47,898 nt of DNA from Coniocarpon cinnabarinum (GCA_051942205.1 JAVECO010000173.1:1-47898), one strand, 5' to 3'. Shown: positions 12,106 to 24,797, numbered from the stretch's first letter. A program made the numbers and translations. Notes: generated by a model not told the origin, from the sequence alone.

Positions 12106-14417
12106 TCAATCGTCACTCTGGTCCACCCTGCTGTAGTTGCCACTAGCACCTCGCGCGTGCCCCTGCTTGCCTCGCCTGACCAGGTTGGAGATCCATCCAC
12201 CGACGCCTTCCTTCCGCTCGCTGTCCTGTCGCGGCACGGCTGGCTTGCCATTCTCCACGCCGACATTCGGAGGGTTGATGTCCAGGCCCGGTATGGCACT
12301 CTCGGCGCCATGTTGGCCAAGGTGCAGTGAAGGCACAGGCGATTGTGCACCAGCAAGGGACGCGTCCTCTCGGCCGGAAGCTGGAGTGGGCATCTGGGAG
12401 GTCGCGTCGCCGAAGAGCAGGTTCATGTCCTCCAAGCGGACATTCGCCGTCTCGGGATAGATGAACCACACTGCGGATAGTCAGCTCTAGAGATACCATC
12501 CCAGGCTATGCGCGGCACCCTTGACTTACCGACTACGAAACTGATGGCGCAAAAAAGTGCGTGTAACAAGTACAGGCGCCAGGCGATAAGGTCTTGTAAT
12601 ATCGGCGTCATTTCACCTACAACCCAGTTGGCAGCCCAATTTGTCGCAGTACTCAGACTAGCGCCTTTGGCGCGAATACTCAAGGGTAGGATCTCCGGAG
12701 GATAAAGCCACGGGATGGGACCCCAGGAGAACCCGAACGCGGCGTTGTAAATGACCACGAAAACGACTACGAGCGTTGGCGTGGCTCGAACGTTCAGGTA
12801 AAGGAAATAAGAGACGGCGCAGAGTGATACCACCATAGCCAGGGCTCCGGAAAGCAGGATTCTCCGGCGACCCCAGCGATCCACTAGCCACCATGGCGGA
12901 ACCGTTGAGCCGAGATAGATGAGAGCATTGATGCCAGTCATGAGGATGGCGTCTGTGCCGATCCAGCCCGCCGACTCGAAGACCAGAGGTGCATAATACG
13001 AAATCACATTGATGCCGTTGAGTTGAGCAAGAGCTTGTGCAGACATGGCGATGAAGACTCGTCGTGTGTATCTCCTGAACATTTCGGTGTATGATCGTTC
13101 GCCTTCTTGTCGCTGCAAAAGCACATTCATCTTGATCTCACGAAACTCGTCTCGCGCCTTAGGATTATGTATGTCACCCTTCCCGTAGAGATTCGCGATG
13201 ATGACAATTCCTTCCTCGTCATGATCATAGTCAAGTAACCATCTTGGGGACTCAGGAATAATGACACTCCCAAGCGCGAGCAGGGTTCCCATGACGACTT
13301 GCATCAGAAGTGGGAGCCGCCACGTCCAGTGATTGCGGATGAAGGTGCTGAAGTAGTCAACCCATACGCTCGTGGCGTATCCCAAAATGTTACCAGAGAA
13401 TTCGATGCAGCCCATCATGCCGCGGTTGTGAGGCGGCGATATCTCAGATTGGTATACAGGGACAATGGTCGATAAAGCTCCAACGCCGAGACCTGCGATG
13501 ACTCTTCCAATGATCATCATTGGCATCCCTGTACAGAAGGTTTGAAAGGCTCCTCCCACCACGAAGATGATAGATCCCCAGAAGATTGTTCTCCTTCGGC
13601 CGAGGACGTCACCAATCTTTCCGACGCCGAGGGATGCGATCAGAGCGCCAACCTCAAGGATGGCGACCATGGTGCCGATCTCGGCGCGGCTGGGCTGATT
13701 AAAGTAGTCTTTGAAATATGGTCCACTTCACGCACGGTCAGCATCCTGGACAGCCGTGTTGGGGAAGGATAAGACGCACGTAATAATGCCAGACATGACG
13801 CCCTGATCATAACCAAACAGAAATACACCAAGTGAAACAAAGATGCTGGTGAAGTATCTATTTGCGCGTTAGCCGTCCTGCCAAAGCCCGTAACAGGAGG
13901 GGAGGGAGCAGACGCACATAAGCTTTTTCCCGTACAACCCATGCAGGCGGGCCTTGCTATCGGTCGGGGCCATGAAGACTGCTAGCAAGAATTCAGGCCT
14001 CGAGAGTGGTTTGGATGTAGGAGTCGGAATGGGGATCTCGGAGGCTTTTTTCGGGACGCCGGCAGAGAAGCCTTCTTTGGCCGCGAGTTGGCTATCTTCG
14101 TCAAGCTGGAACCGAGCGCGTTTCGGGCGACGACCGCGCTTCCGCGAGGTAAGACCGATATCTTCCTCGTCGGCAGCACGGTCACCCAGGGGATCGCCAC
14201 CAAGCTGGTCGACGAGATCGCCAGTATCGCTCCACAACGAGAACTCGGAGTCGGCGGAAGACGACTCCTGCGAGCCGCGGCGGCTCTCGAGTGGTGGCTT
14301 CTCGTCGACGAGGCCGACTTGTTCGTCGTCAGAGGGAGAGGCGGGCTCCCGGGGGGTCGATCGGGGAGAGTTGGAGAAGGTGTGAAGGGGAATGTTTGCG
14401 GGCTTCTTGGGAGGAAT
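12106..14417 (-). CDS. MFS sugar porter (monosaccharide/glucose transporter-like). First ATG at 13973; probable long isoform from AUU at 14417
   Basis: Introns after KKL (~13918), after SGIIT (~13780) and 12528-12472. Motifs LFGYDQGVMSG, GDVLGRRRT, GRVIAGLGVG, PVYQSEISPP, PESPRWL, QLNGINVISYYAP, DRWGRR, WGPIPWLYPPEILP, YPET. The frame is open from 14495 to the first ATG with no Met. Confidence 0.88.
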
Positions 14418-15413
14418 CTTGGCGGTGGTGAGGCTGTGGGGAGCCTCCCTCCCTTCGAGACGAAAAGACAAAGGCGGCGGGGCGGAGAGGGGGGGTTAAG
14501 AAGGGAAGAGAGGGATGGAGGCCGGAGAGGTCAGTTGAGGAATTGAGGGCGCGCGGTGCGGGGAGAAAAAGAGAGTCTAGGTCGAGCAAGAATGCGCGTT
14601 GGAGATTGGCTGGGGGGGATGGATTGCAGGACCAAGTAGCGAGGCGATAAGCATCTGCCGGAGCGAGGGAGGAGCTGCTGCTGTCGGGTGCTGGGATACG
14701 CTCGTGCAGCGGTACAAGAGCTCGCGTCACGAGGGAAGCGTGTGAGGGCAGCGGGCGTGGTGGAGGTGAGGAGAGAGAGGTTCAGGGAGTGGTTGGGATG
14801 AAGTCTGCTCAGGACAAGGCTCGCGAGTCACGTACTCCGTAGTTCCAGCAGCGCCGCAGGGAGAGATAGAGTCTTCCATCCACTCTTCTCCTGCGTCCCC
14901 CGGCCGTCTTTTCCAGCGCCCGCCCGCTGATTGGTCCGTTTCTGGCCCCTTCGGCCAGGGTTGCGCACGAGTCTACACCTGCAGCCTGCTTGTATCGCAG
15001 CCACATGTGCGTGGACGTGTTGTATGTATGCACTACCGCTGCTGCAGGCCCGCGACCCTCGTCAGCTCGTCCCCGACCGTGACAGCGGCAGTTTGGGCAC
15101 GTTGTTGACGTGGGCGAGTCGACAGTGCCCAGCTGTCGCGCGTCACAGCTCCTCCGCAAGCGGCCACACCTCTCCCACTCCTATGCTGCTGCTGCTGTCA
15201 CGTTCACACGACACGACTCGGCGCCAGGCCAGACGACACTCAACTGCGCCCGCCTCGGCAGAGCTCGCCGTGCACCGCAACACTGCACAGTGACTTCTCA
15301 GGCTGACTCCTGATACTGGATTCCTCCGTCTTTGCATTCAGACGTACACTTCGTGTGGGGTATATTGGAAAAATCGACAACGGCCTGCTTCTACACAAAC
15401 ATTACCACCTCCA

Positions 15414-16726
15414 TTACGAGTATGAGGCCCCTCCCTCGAGCGCTTCCTGCGGCCAGTCGTCCTCTGTAATCGACGACCAGAATACCCAGATCATTACCAC
15501 CGCGAGCAACGTAAACAACGTCTCGAACAACGAGCCATCTATCTTGCCATTAACACCATTGCATATGTGCACGCTGACCAGAAAGTCAAAGATTTGCCCA
15601 ATGGCGAAGAGAAGCATCGCTGCTGCGAGAAACACTGCCAACATGTTAGCCGTGCCACATTGTCCCAGCGTGGGAAGCATCCAATACTCACGCATAGGCT
15701 TCTTCTCCCCCAGAATGCCCACCACAACCACCGACTCCACGACAAAGTAGATGAACAGGAAGACAAGTGGCGCCAGGAGGTAGAGCGTGTAGAGAGCGTG
15801 TGATCGGTTGGGTGCCTGTTGGACTATTGCATCGTTCCAGTAACCTGACCAGTTGAAACCGGTGTCGAGCGCAATGTAGCCGACACCAATTATGAAGCAA
15901 GCGGCTGAAGCAATCACGAGAATGATTGAGAAGAGGGTGCCATCGTCAATAAGCTCCATGCCGACGGCGCCATTGATGATTGCGTTGAGCATCAGCACCC
16001 ATGTCGTCGCCACAATGAGAGCGATGTGCGCTCCTGTAAAGCCCTTGTCACCTCGTCAGTGCTTGTCTCTTTCCCTAGATCCGGTGTTTGGCATACTATT
16101 CGCGTATTCTCTGCCAAGGGGAAGCCTCCGACCGTGAAGATTTCGCAGATCTCGATCAATATGAAGCCGACGAGAAATATTTGCATCTCTCTTTAAAGCG
16201 GTCAGTGTGACAGTCCAAACGCGCGCATCACGACGCTTACCTTCTACCCACGGCAGCCCTTTTCACCTCCGTTCGCCATAACAGGAAGAGGGTTGTGAAA
16301 ATCGCGATGCCGCATAAGAGTATCACACCTATTCCACGCGTTAGAGACCTGCTGTGCGCGCTTCGTCATGATGTTTCGACGTAGCTGCCTACCAAGATTT
16401 TGTAACTCTCGGCTACCGCTCAGAGGTATTCCGTTTAGATGGCAACCGCCGTAGCCTCCGATCTGATTATGATTTTGTTCGGTATAAATTCTGAATTCGC
16501 TAAACAGCTATAGCAGGGTGCGTCAGCACCCGGAAGAAAATGAATGTAGACTTGACGCCAGTCGGCACAGAAGGGTGGAACGAGGGTCATAACATACATT
16601 GCACACTGGAAGAGTAGAGTCGCGGCAGAAGTCCTAGGCCTTGGTCAGCGATCCACCGAGCTCTACGGGCGCAACGAGTTCACGGGCCACGCGACATACG
16701 TGGAAATTGCCATAGTCGGTGGGCAT
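15414..16726 (-). CDS. CHS7: Chitin synthase export chaperone (Chs7 family)
   Basis: ATG 16726 MPTDYGNFH / DFCRDSTLPVCN; several short exons with GT-AG introns. RAAVGR-REMQIFLVGFILIEICEIFTVGGFPL, LIDDGT, HICNGVNGKIDGSLFETLFTLLAVVMIWVFWSSITEDDW. Confidence 0.88.
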
Positions 16727-17926
16727 CTTTCCAGATGCCGCACAGAGTAGAGCGCACCAGAGCCGGAGATGTCACAAGGTCTGACAAGCCAAGTCGAGAG
16801 GTCGAATTATTATAAAGCAGATAGGACGAGGCGCAGGGAGTTGAGAAGCTGCGTTGTAGAGGAGCACGTAGACTCAGAGGGAGTGTAAAATTAAACTATA
16901 GGTGATGATAGACGTCGTCTGGAATGGGAGTCGAGCTGCAGAGCCGGGATAAAGAGGGTGCTGGCACATCAGGGGGGGGATGCGAGTAGGATGGCTGGTG
17001 GCTGGGATGCACGCTGTGCCGATTGTGGATAGAGTTCGGCGCGCACGAACCGGACGGGGGGCGGCGAGAGAGCGAGTCTATCAGCCAGACATGCTCTCAG
17101 CCACGAGCGTGATGGGCAGCGCGGGGGGGAGAAAGGATGAGAACGACGTGCAGAGGGAAGAGAAAAGAGTGAGTGGTGGTGGTAGGCTGGAGGTCGGGAG
17201 GGTAGCAAGGAAAGCTAGGATGGAAGGGAGACGGAGGCGTGGAGCAGAGCGATGGAGCAAGACGGAGAGAGTTCATCGACGCCAGAGCCGGCAGACTGCC
17301 AGGACGAGTTGGCGGGGGCGTTGATTGGCTGACGAACCAGACGCAATCTCCCGGCTATGGGACGCTGCAGGTGGGTTGGCGTCTGGCGCGGTCCGTGGCT
17401 CGCTACCCCTTCCGGCATCTGGAGATGCACCCGACGACTTCCTTACCTTCCTCACGAACCCCTTGCCTGCAGGCCTTGACGACTCCATGCCCAGCTCATC
17501 AGCGATGAACACGCCCCTCACATCAGCCCCCTCCACTCGCCATCTTGCAGATTGGCGACTGCAACAAACCGAAACGCCAATACGGAGTAACCCCCCTTGA
17601 CCACTGCTACCCTGGTCGCCAACTGTCACAATGACCGGCCAGCCCACCCTTATCTCGGGCGTCATATCCCCGCTATGCAGGATACGTGAACTGCAGCTAC
17701 AGGCATAGGAAGCAACGCTCGCTCCCAATCTGTAAACACTAAAGCAGACCGAGTTCGGAATGGCAATCATATTGAACTATTCTGGAGACCCTTTTGGCAT
17801 GTCCAGGAGTCATGCAGTACGTGCGACAGTGAATCGCCCTCGCTCAGGGTTCTCAATGCTCGGCTCATCGCTTCAAGCTAAGCTCAGGAGTTGGTCTTTT
17901 TCCCCCTGTCATCTCCTCGTTGCTTT

Positions 17927-20451
17927 TTATATACTCTTGCGCGGACGTCCACGTTTGGGAGCCGGGGTACCGTCGTTTGCTTCGCCGTTGGCTTTGGCCT
18001 TCTTACGTCCCTGATCCTGACTTGTCGCCGGCAACACGCGGAACTCGTCGCTTTCCAAGTCCAACCGCCCCCTGAGAACAGAAAATACCAGCAGATCACG
18101 GCTGTAGCATGTCTGTCCGCGGTCGAGCAGGGCCGCGCAATCTCCATCATCTTTCTCTAGGCCAAGCACTAAGGTGTTCGCGTCATCACGCAATCCGCGC
18201 GTGGTCTTCGAAAGCATCGCGTCAACGCCTATGGCTCGAGCCAGTATGTCGAACTCCCGGAACATTGCTTCACCCCACTGTCGTTTCAGGGCGGGTGTAA
18301 CGTGAACAGTCTTTCCAGCAAGAAGGTCACTGCGAGGGAAGATTTTGCTAGGATTGTAACCCCACTGTGACTGATTTGCTGGAAAGTACTTGTCCAGAGC
18401 AAGTACCCTGCTTGCCTTGACGCTGTCCGTGACCCAGGAGTCATAGACTACTGGCTTGGCTGTCGCCACTGCGGTGAGCAGCTTGGCAGTCTTCTTGATC
18501 TCACCAGCGCCAATGACCAGAACGTCGAAGGCGTCAGGGCTTTGCGACTGACTGATCGAAGATCCCAGCTTCTTGAATTTGTCAAGCATGGGACCCCGCT
18601 CTGCAAGTGTTGTATTCGACAACAGCACTCTGATATGATTTGTGGGGAGTTTTGGGATCGTCGGAGATACGTGGCTGGCGCGTCGGCTGCTTCGTCGTGA
18701 TGAGTGAGGATCGTCGTAGTCGTTCACTTTACGTGCTGAATCAGGTCCTGTCGCCTTGTTTCCGGAAGACAGAGACGTCGGATGGGGTATTTTGACCCCG
18801 CTCTCTGATGCTGACTTGGACAGGCGTGCACGAAGGCTTCGGTTCGGTGGCGTTGAGATTGGAGTATTCACTGTGCCAACACTTCCTAGATTTGGGCGTC
18901 AGTATTCAACGTTTTGAGCAGCAAGCTCACAATCAACATAGCGAGACACCGCGCTATTTGGAATGACAACAGTGATTGACAGATATAGGCTGAACTTACC
19001 CTGAGCAGATTTGCGCGGACGACCGCGCTTAGGCTTAGGAGATGTTGGGGTTGTTTCTTCATGCTCTGCTTCGGCCGACTCGATTCTTTTAGTCTTCGGT
19101 TTGGATATGGGTGATGCAGGGTCTTCACTAAGTCTGCCACGTTTGAGGCTTGATGATTTTGGAAGAACGTTTTCTTGGTCGTCATGGTCTGGCTCGTTGG
19201 TTGGATTGTGGGCGTTTTGCATGGCACTGCCAGGCGAAGCGTTTATTCGTATTTTATCTGCAGTCATGAGTTGATTTATTGGCGATTCTTCGCCAGCGTC
19301 CTCCTGTTTGACGTTTTGCTCTTCGTCGTGTTTTTCGTTGTACTGCAGTGCAGACGCCTCTCTAGCGGTTCCGTAATATGAATCGTTCGAATTTGGTTGT
19401 GGACTGGACGTTTCTGCAGGCTTCGACGGGAGAACCATAGACTGTGCTAGAGCCTGCTCTATATCAGTGTCCGGGGGTTGAATTGGATACTCGAGCGTGT
19501 CCAGGTCCTGTGTCAGCATGGTGTTCGAGGTTGCTGGATCACCAGCTTGCTGATCTGCATTATGGCTTTTCGCATTTGATGGAGACGCAGGAGACTCTTG
19601 CTCGTCAATGATATTGGCTGTCATCGTGCGTGAATTTGTAGCTGGAGTTTCAATCACTGTATCACGCTTAAATTTATGTGCCAAGCGAGGTGAATCACCT
19701 GCAGTATTGGGTGCCGAAGCGTGAATCTCAGAAGTGTGGTCTTCTTCGTGAAGAGCATCTTTTTCTCCCGGTTCGTGTGGCAAAGATGAACCGACTTGGA
19801 CATCGCCAACGGGCGGCACAAGGTCTGACATCATGAATCGCCCACCACGCTTCAACGCCGTCAAAATATCTACATAAGGTGCGTCAGCTGGAGTCGTTAT
19901 GTAAGATTGTATTTTCCACGCGGGCTAATATCAGTGCAAGGTCTTTGATCGCGAGGTGGCCAAAGTCATGGCGATTAGAATCGTTCTTTCATATAAGACG
20001 CGGCTCAGTGCAGTAGCTTGTCCTTGGCCCCAAGGTAGGTGGAGGTCATACATATGTGATTGTGGCCGCCTTACCTTTACGCGTAGAGTGAGAACATTTG
20101 TCTACAGTTTCAACTTGTCGCACTCGCCAAGAAGCATCACTGGGGTCCTCAGGTCGTACACTCAAAGCACGGATCGAGCCTTGGAATTGGACTTGGTCTG
20201 TGTTGAGGGCTCCGGACGGGTTAGCAAGAACCGCATTGACGTATCTCTAAGCGAAACATACTCAGCCGCCCGCGGACACGCTCGGCACTTGACACAAGTG
20301 ACTGCTGAGTGGCGGTCTCTGCCTGGAGTCGAAGAAAGTGGTGGCCGCTTTCTGGATCTGCGGATTCAATGACCAGATAATGGAGGGAGTCTGGTGCAGT
20401 GTGTGAGATGTTGGTGTCCAATCCAATCACGACAACGGTTTGCATGATCAT
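17927..20451 (-). CDS. C-terminal tandem-BRCT protein with two AT-hook motifs (MDC1/Mdb1-like architecture)
   Basis: Four frame-consistent exons (donors GTATGT ~20261, GTAAGG ~20074, GTAAGT ~18999). Long low-complexity middle. BRCT-like DVLVIGAGEIKKTAKLLTAVATAKPVVYDSWVTDS and a second repeat LLAGKTVHVTPAL. PKRGRPRKS occurs twice. The start codon is uncertain. Confidence 0.7.
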
Positions 20452-20654
20452 GTGTTCTGAAGTGGAGCCAACATCATCCTCCCTGGAGGTGAAGAGATGA
20501 GTAAGGTGACGCGACAGCTGCCTCGGCTGGGAGCGGGAACGCTAATGCGCGTCATTGACACGTCGCGGCGTGACTTTGCTTTCAGGTCGCCTTCACGCTT
20601 CTCAGAAAGGGTGCAGTAACACACCACCAACAAACAGCACGCGGCCACTCCTCC

Positions 20655-22294
20655 TCACACCTCGAACACACCTAACATCGGGCCCCCTCGGAGATCCACC
20701 AAGTCCACCCTCCATCCCTTCCACTCCACAAGCCCTCTTTTGACCTCACGCACTCTTTCAAGCCTCGCCATTTCCTCAGCTCGGCGCGCGTCGTCCTCCG
20801 CTTGACTTGCCGCTGCAAAGGCGCTCTCGTCGAAATCATCGTCGTCCAAGCTCGGGCGTCCAGCGCTCAAGCCTCGATACCTCTGCGGCGCGGCCGACGG
20901 GCCAGTGCCACCCGCAATCTCTCCAATCTGCTTGTTGAATGCATTGACGAAGTTGCCAAACGCTTGCCCCATGCTTTGACCCTGGGCTGACAATGATCGG
21001 CTCATAGCAGGATGCGGAGTGCTGAGATCGACATCGTCAAAGGCGCCGCCAGGGGAGCTGGGATGATCTGCCATTTCGCCCTGCAGCTCCGTCCTCCGGG
21101 CCTTCCAAACACCCCTGCGGAGCTCAAAGTTCTCCGTTTCAAGGGCCCGAACCCGCTCCTCAAGCTTGCCGCGCGCTTCGTCTTCGAGCTCGTCGACGCC
21201 TTCATCGTCCGCGTCTCCGTTGGCGGCGGGCTCTGATTGAGAAGATGAGCGCAGTCGTACATTCTCGTTTGTGGTGGAACTGAGGCGCTTCCTCAGCGTC
21301 GCAATCTCGGTGCGGGCATGTTCAAGCTCCGCTATCCGTGATCGCGTTTGTGAGGCGTGTTGCGTTTCCGCGTCCGTGTGGAGCTTCTGCAGTGTCGCGG
21401 TCTTTGCCTCGAGGGCGGCAATACGAGTTGTGGACTGGCTCAGGGCTGATTGTGCCGATGACAAATCGGAAGACAGCAACGCAATCTTCGTAGCTGGGTC
21501 TTCAGGCGTGGTTTCGACTTTCTCAGCGGTGGAGGTGGCTTCCAGAGATCGCTTTAGATCGTCCAGACGGGCGTCGGCAGATTTTGATGCCTCCTCGGCT
21601 GCCTTCGCACGAGCTTCTGCATCAGCAAGACTTTGCTTAGTAGTGTCTAACGTATGTCGTAATGTCGAAAGTTCAAGCTCGAGAGACTCCAAAGCAGTGG
21701 TCCTTGTTGCAAGCTGCGCTGCGAGATCCGAGGAGTTCGACTTGGGTTTTGTTTGTCGTCTTGAAGCCTCGAGCTCTTTTTTCAGACGATCTATCTTTTG
21801 CGCCTGTGATGAAGCATCGTCGCCAGGCGGCGCACTCTGACTGGATCTGAGATTCTCCCTTAACTGTGCATTCTCCTTTTCGAGCTCCTCAATTCGCACC
21901 ACGTTCTTTTCATGTGCCTTCTTTGCCTCCTCGCTGACGGCATCGGAGGCTTGCCGGAAGCTTTTGGATCGTTCTCGTGACTGCTGGGCGGCTGATGAGT
22001 CTTTGTCGTCCGTTTTGACTTCCTCCTTTTCTTCTGCTTCAGTGGCCGCCTCGGCGCCGGCATCGTCCACTTTAGCTTCATCAGTTTCCGCAGAAGTGTC
22101 TCCTGCTTTCGACGTCTTTTCTCCCTTCTTCTTGGTGCCCTTCTTAGCTTTGTCTTTCTTCATCTGCTCATACTAAATTGTGTAGGGGGTCAGTGATCTA
22201 CCTGAGCGGTAGCCGTTTTCGACCAAATCCTGCGCACCTTTTTTTTCGCCGCAGCGACTTTTTCAGCTTTCTCCTTGTCCTCGTCTTCGGGCAT
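20655..22294 (-). CDS. Conserved fungal long coiled-coil protein (often annotated as M-protein-repeat protein)
   Basis: ATG 22294 MPEDEDKEKAEKVAAAKKK, intron ~22237-22173, then YEQMKK. Heptad-rich body; C-terminal RLERVREVKRGLVEWKGWRVDLVDLR..GVFEV. Confidence 0.75.
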
Positions 22295-22695
22295 TGTGGC
22301 AATGTATGGCTGCTTATGCACAAGTCACCTGGAACAAGCAGCATGAGACGCGGTATATCAACGCACTGATGCGGTCCCTTGCCGGACAAGTTACGGGCAG
22401 GGTCCCAACGTTGCATCTGTGGGCCGGGCGACTCGCGTGACAAGGTGACCGTCCCTTTGAGACACCTCCACTCAATAACCTCACAAGCTGAAGTCGAATT
22501 CAATGAGAATCTTCGTGGCTGATCCACATTGGTAGTATATTCTCGATGTAGACAAGATGTTCTCTCAGTCATCAATAATGAAGCCGATATCAGCTTCAGC
22601 CAGAAGTTAAAACATTCCTCCACTGCAACACCTGACAAAATCTCCGTGGCTGCCAGTCAAAAGGGCTTAAGAAAACATAACTGCAAAGAGGCCTC

Positions 22696-24797
22696 CTATT
22701 TGCCCACCTCATGTTGTCTATGAAACCTCCGATGTCTTGCGAGACGGCCATACGTATTCCGCTTGCTCTTAGTTGCAGCCTGGCTTTGGTAAACGTTAAT
22801 GGCATTCCAGCCACCACATGTTGTGCTTGAATCGCCGGCACATTGATCTGAGCATTGATCGCTTGACTCGGTAGGGGCGCTGTCTCCGCAGTAGCACTCA
22901 CTCTTCCATTCGAGCCCGGCGTACGCAAAACCATTTTGTGAGCAAAAGTCCGTGCACTGCGGAATAGTCATCGACTGCATCATGTTCGTCGTTGCACCGG
23001 TGAGGACGCGTTGGTCTTTTGCGTCAGTGAAACAGCCTAGAGCCGTCCAGCCTTGAGGAGCTGCAGATCCATTGCCAGTGCTGCTGTTGGAACTGCTGCC
23101 GCTGTAGCCTGTCAAGCCAGAGGTTGGTGGGGACGACTGACTTGTAGGCACTGGCTGCATGGGAGCGTCAGGGTTTTGAGCGGGTGGCGCCATATCAGCA
23201 GTTTGTTGAGAAGCTTCTGCGGACCCTGCGGCGCTGACAGCAGGTGCGCTCTGCGCACTAGATTGCATCGCGGCCGCATCGTTGGTTGATGTGGCGGTCG
23301 CTGTGTTAGGTCTTGAAGCCGAGTCGGACGAGGGCATGGTTGTTGCAGCGCTATAGCCAGCGTCTTTGCTGCAGGATGTGGCCATGTCAACGTCCGGACC
23401 GTAACCAACCACTGGATTGCAACCAGGAAGCTCATCCATTGTTCCTAGAATCTGCTCGTTGCCGGGATTGTACGGCGGAACGGTGCACCCACTGGCTTCG
23501 CTGTCGCCGTACACCATGTCTTGTGTAAGACCCGGACATTCGTTCATGGCACCGCCACCAGAGTCACCATTGCTGCAGCCGATGATCGTTTTGAGCACGC
23601 TGAGGTGCAAGTTAGTCTCATTTTCGACCCAGTTCAAGAAGTGAGATTAGCGTAGCAACGTACTCAGGATCCCAGCCGGAGAGAAAGTCGCCGTGCAGAC
23701 TATAGCCCGTAGAATCGCCGTTTGCGAGAACAAAGGGCTGAGACATCTGGCCAGCGTCCCACTGGTCATCAAATTGGGTGGTCTGATAATAGACTTCGTA
23801 AAACAAATGCGGTATATGATCCCAGCCGTCTGGACATGCACCATTGGTTGGCCAGTCGGTGTTTTCTTCGTAGTTGTCTGGTCCGGCAGCTGGATTATAG
23901 CAAGAAGGAAAATGGACGTCCAACCTCATTGGAGCGCCGGAGACTTGACATTTTTGGTTCGGAAATCCTACACCGGCGCCACTGGGGTCTTTGACCAGGT
24001 CGTCAGCAGAGTGACGACAAGACGGATGGCGAACTAGAATCATGTTGGAGCTTTTCCAAGCCATCTTTCAAATGACCTCGGGAAAGAAAAGAATACTGCT
24101 TGAACGTACGGTCTGCAGTACCAGGCTCACCAATGCCGACGCCTTTGGTGCCATCACTACCGGCCGGCCACATGTCACCCAAAGTAGTATTCGTTGGGCA
24201 AGTTATTTCAATGGGTTGGATGTCACCCTGACTGTGGTCCGTCACAAGACCGGCTCCGTTTTTAGGCGGAGAGCGTACAGCTGCGTTGCCCGAAGTCATT
24301 CGGAAGCCCTTAGGAAATGGTACAATCTTGTCATTTGCGCCTGCAGGCTCGAATTTGTAATATCTGCTCAAAGTTCTTAGAACATGGCCGGGCGCAAGCG
24401 CTATCAGGACTACACTCATCACGAACATATTTGAATAGTCGACGGGCACGCTGGTGAACGACCCATTACCATTGAAAAACAACATCGGAGTCCAATAATT
24501 CGAGCCGTCACCTTTGACAAGGCTGTTCGCGCAAATGGAAGTGGTCGCTACAACATCGTCCATTGAAATCGAGAACTTATTGCCGCCAAAGACTACATGA
24601 CCGTGAGTGGAAAGCTTGTCAGCAGCCCTGAGTTGTGTCAGCTAAGTTGTGAGCTCACCAACGCTGCTGCTGTCAGCCTACCTAATGGGATCCATTCTTC
24701 CAAATGTAAGACCTTGACCGGCGAGACGATTGATGGTCTGGGCACCAAACACGACGGTTGAAAAGCTCGCAATAAGCACAGCATGATACGTGTACAT
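22696..24797 (-). CDS. Secreted DUF1996 + WSC domain protein
   Basis: ATG 24797 MYTYHAVLIASFSTVVFG; four introns. DUF1996 motifs RMDP..HGHVVFGG, DGSNYWTP, FPKGFRMTSGN, FPSCY, PHLFYEVYY, FVLANGDSTGYSLHGDFLSGWD. S/T/A linker, then WSC domain GCFTD..MTIPQCTDFC..AGLEWKSECYCG..CAGD..CGG. Confidence 0.87.

Noticed and set aside
17325..17600. Plus-strand 91-aa ORF (ADEPDAISRLWD..) between CHS7 and the BRCT gene
   Set aside because: TTG start, no recognisable motif or splice structure, and it lies in a GC-rich promoter/terminator region.
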